DNA of 63,670 nt, counting the filler, from Octopus bimaculoides (lineage: Eukaryota), in NCBI RefSeq assembly GCF_001194135.2. It is 5 parts of 4 records of this genome, joined end to end, with 100 filler letters (N's around TTAATTAATTAA, not from the genome) between each part and the next. Parts side by side here need not be neighbours in the genome. Positions count along the whole stretch, not along the records: positions 59,835 to 63,670 come from NW_026296518.1; 4 more parts are not named here. The stretch is one strand, 5' to 3'. Below, in pieces: positions 62,735 through 63,670 of this stretch. Position numbers and translations under genes: made by a program. Numbering within the stretch: the first letter of the stretch is position 1; each line of letters starts with the position of its first letter. Under the pieces are notes generated by a model. It was not told where the DNA came from. It did no database searches and saw only the letters and a program-made list of their open reading frames with translations.

Positions 62735-63670
62735 TCGCCCCCTTCCCCAAATCTTATCTGCTATAGGTACAAGGCCTGAAACCTTGAGGGAGAGGGCAAA
62801 TAGATCATACTGATGTTAGTAGTGCTCAACTAGTAATTAGTATATTGACCCAAATTAATAGTTAAGTCGACTGAGGCGAAATTCGATCTCAAGAAGGTAA
62901 TGCCGTAGAAACTCCAGTAAACATTATAGACCGCGTGCTAACGATTTTGCCATCTGACCGGCTTAAAACGATAGATAATAAAATAAGAACATCCTGGAAA
63001 ATGCACAACTCTTTAATTGCCCGTGTAAATATCACTGCAATTCTGAGGGTGATCAACCATCTGGAGGCTCTTTGGATTTTGAGGATGAATGCCAAAGTTG
63101 GACAATAATTAGAAATAAATATGATCGCGTGTTCAGTGACGATAACGGAACAATTACACTACAAAATGAAAGAACAGAATATTGAGTCTTTTGTCGGGAA
63201 AAATAACGCATTCAAGTCATTGATGGGTGAAGTAAAGAGTAACGCTGAATTGAAATAGCCTTTCAAAGTATAATAATAATATATAGAATATAGAAGATAG
63301 AGGAAACGAAAAGACACCCTCTGTGTGCAACATCAAAGAAGAGAGACAATCGAAGGAAGTTAGAAATTGACAGTGTTGCCTTCTGGAACTGGATCTATTA
63401 ATGAGAAAGAGGGGAACTAGTTGGGGATGGATATCAATATTAACTGCGAAGACAATAAAAACAGTGAGAATTTGGTAGACAACACCGCTGTAGGAGAGAG
63501 GAGTGAAGTAGTGAGAAAGAAAGGATAAACAGGGACGTGAAGGAGCAGAAACAGGTGTTTCTTTTTAAAAAAAACTTTGACCTGCATCAGATCAGTTAAT
63601 ATGGAAAAAAATCTCTCAAAATGACGAAACAGGAACGTATAGGGAGAGGCGTAAACAAACCGTAAATATT

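Noticed and set aside
62880-63670. Complex sequence at the window end
   Set aside because: Only short ORFs with no recognisable motif, splice pattern or repeat structure.

Overview
Repeat-dense eukaryotic DNA, about 10% N. The SINE families and (TA)n/(CA)n/(TAGA)n load look like an octopus (coleoid cephalopod) genome; this is inferred from recalled repeat consensus sequences, not from a search. I found no convincing host protein-coding gene, rRNA, intact tRNA or CRISPR array, and most ORF-track entries are microsatellite or N-gap artefacts. The window holds three groups of tRNA-derived SINE (OK/Ceph-like, Meta-domain-like, CORE-like). It also holds decayed transposases (hAT/Buster, mariner, MULE, possibly Merlin), LINE fragments (CR1/L2 group, R4/Dong group, Penelope GIY-YIG), several MITEs with visible TIRs/TSDs, two long palindromes and a 102-bp satellite. 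The best lead is an uninterrupted 300-codon L1/Tx1 ORF1-like frame (18363-19265, minus) with a CCHC knuckle and no clear ORF2. It has a TATA box upstream and an AATAAA inside a SINE-tail-like segment downstream. Secondary leads are partial hammerhead-ribozyme motifs in Penelope-like repeats, a mariner derivative built from two left ends, and one dispersed repeat that seeded two different tandem arrays. Coordinates of decayed elements are approximate.
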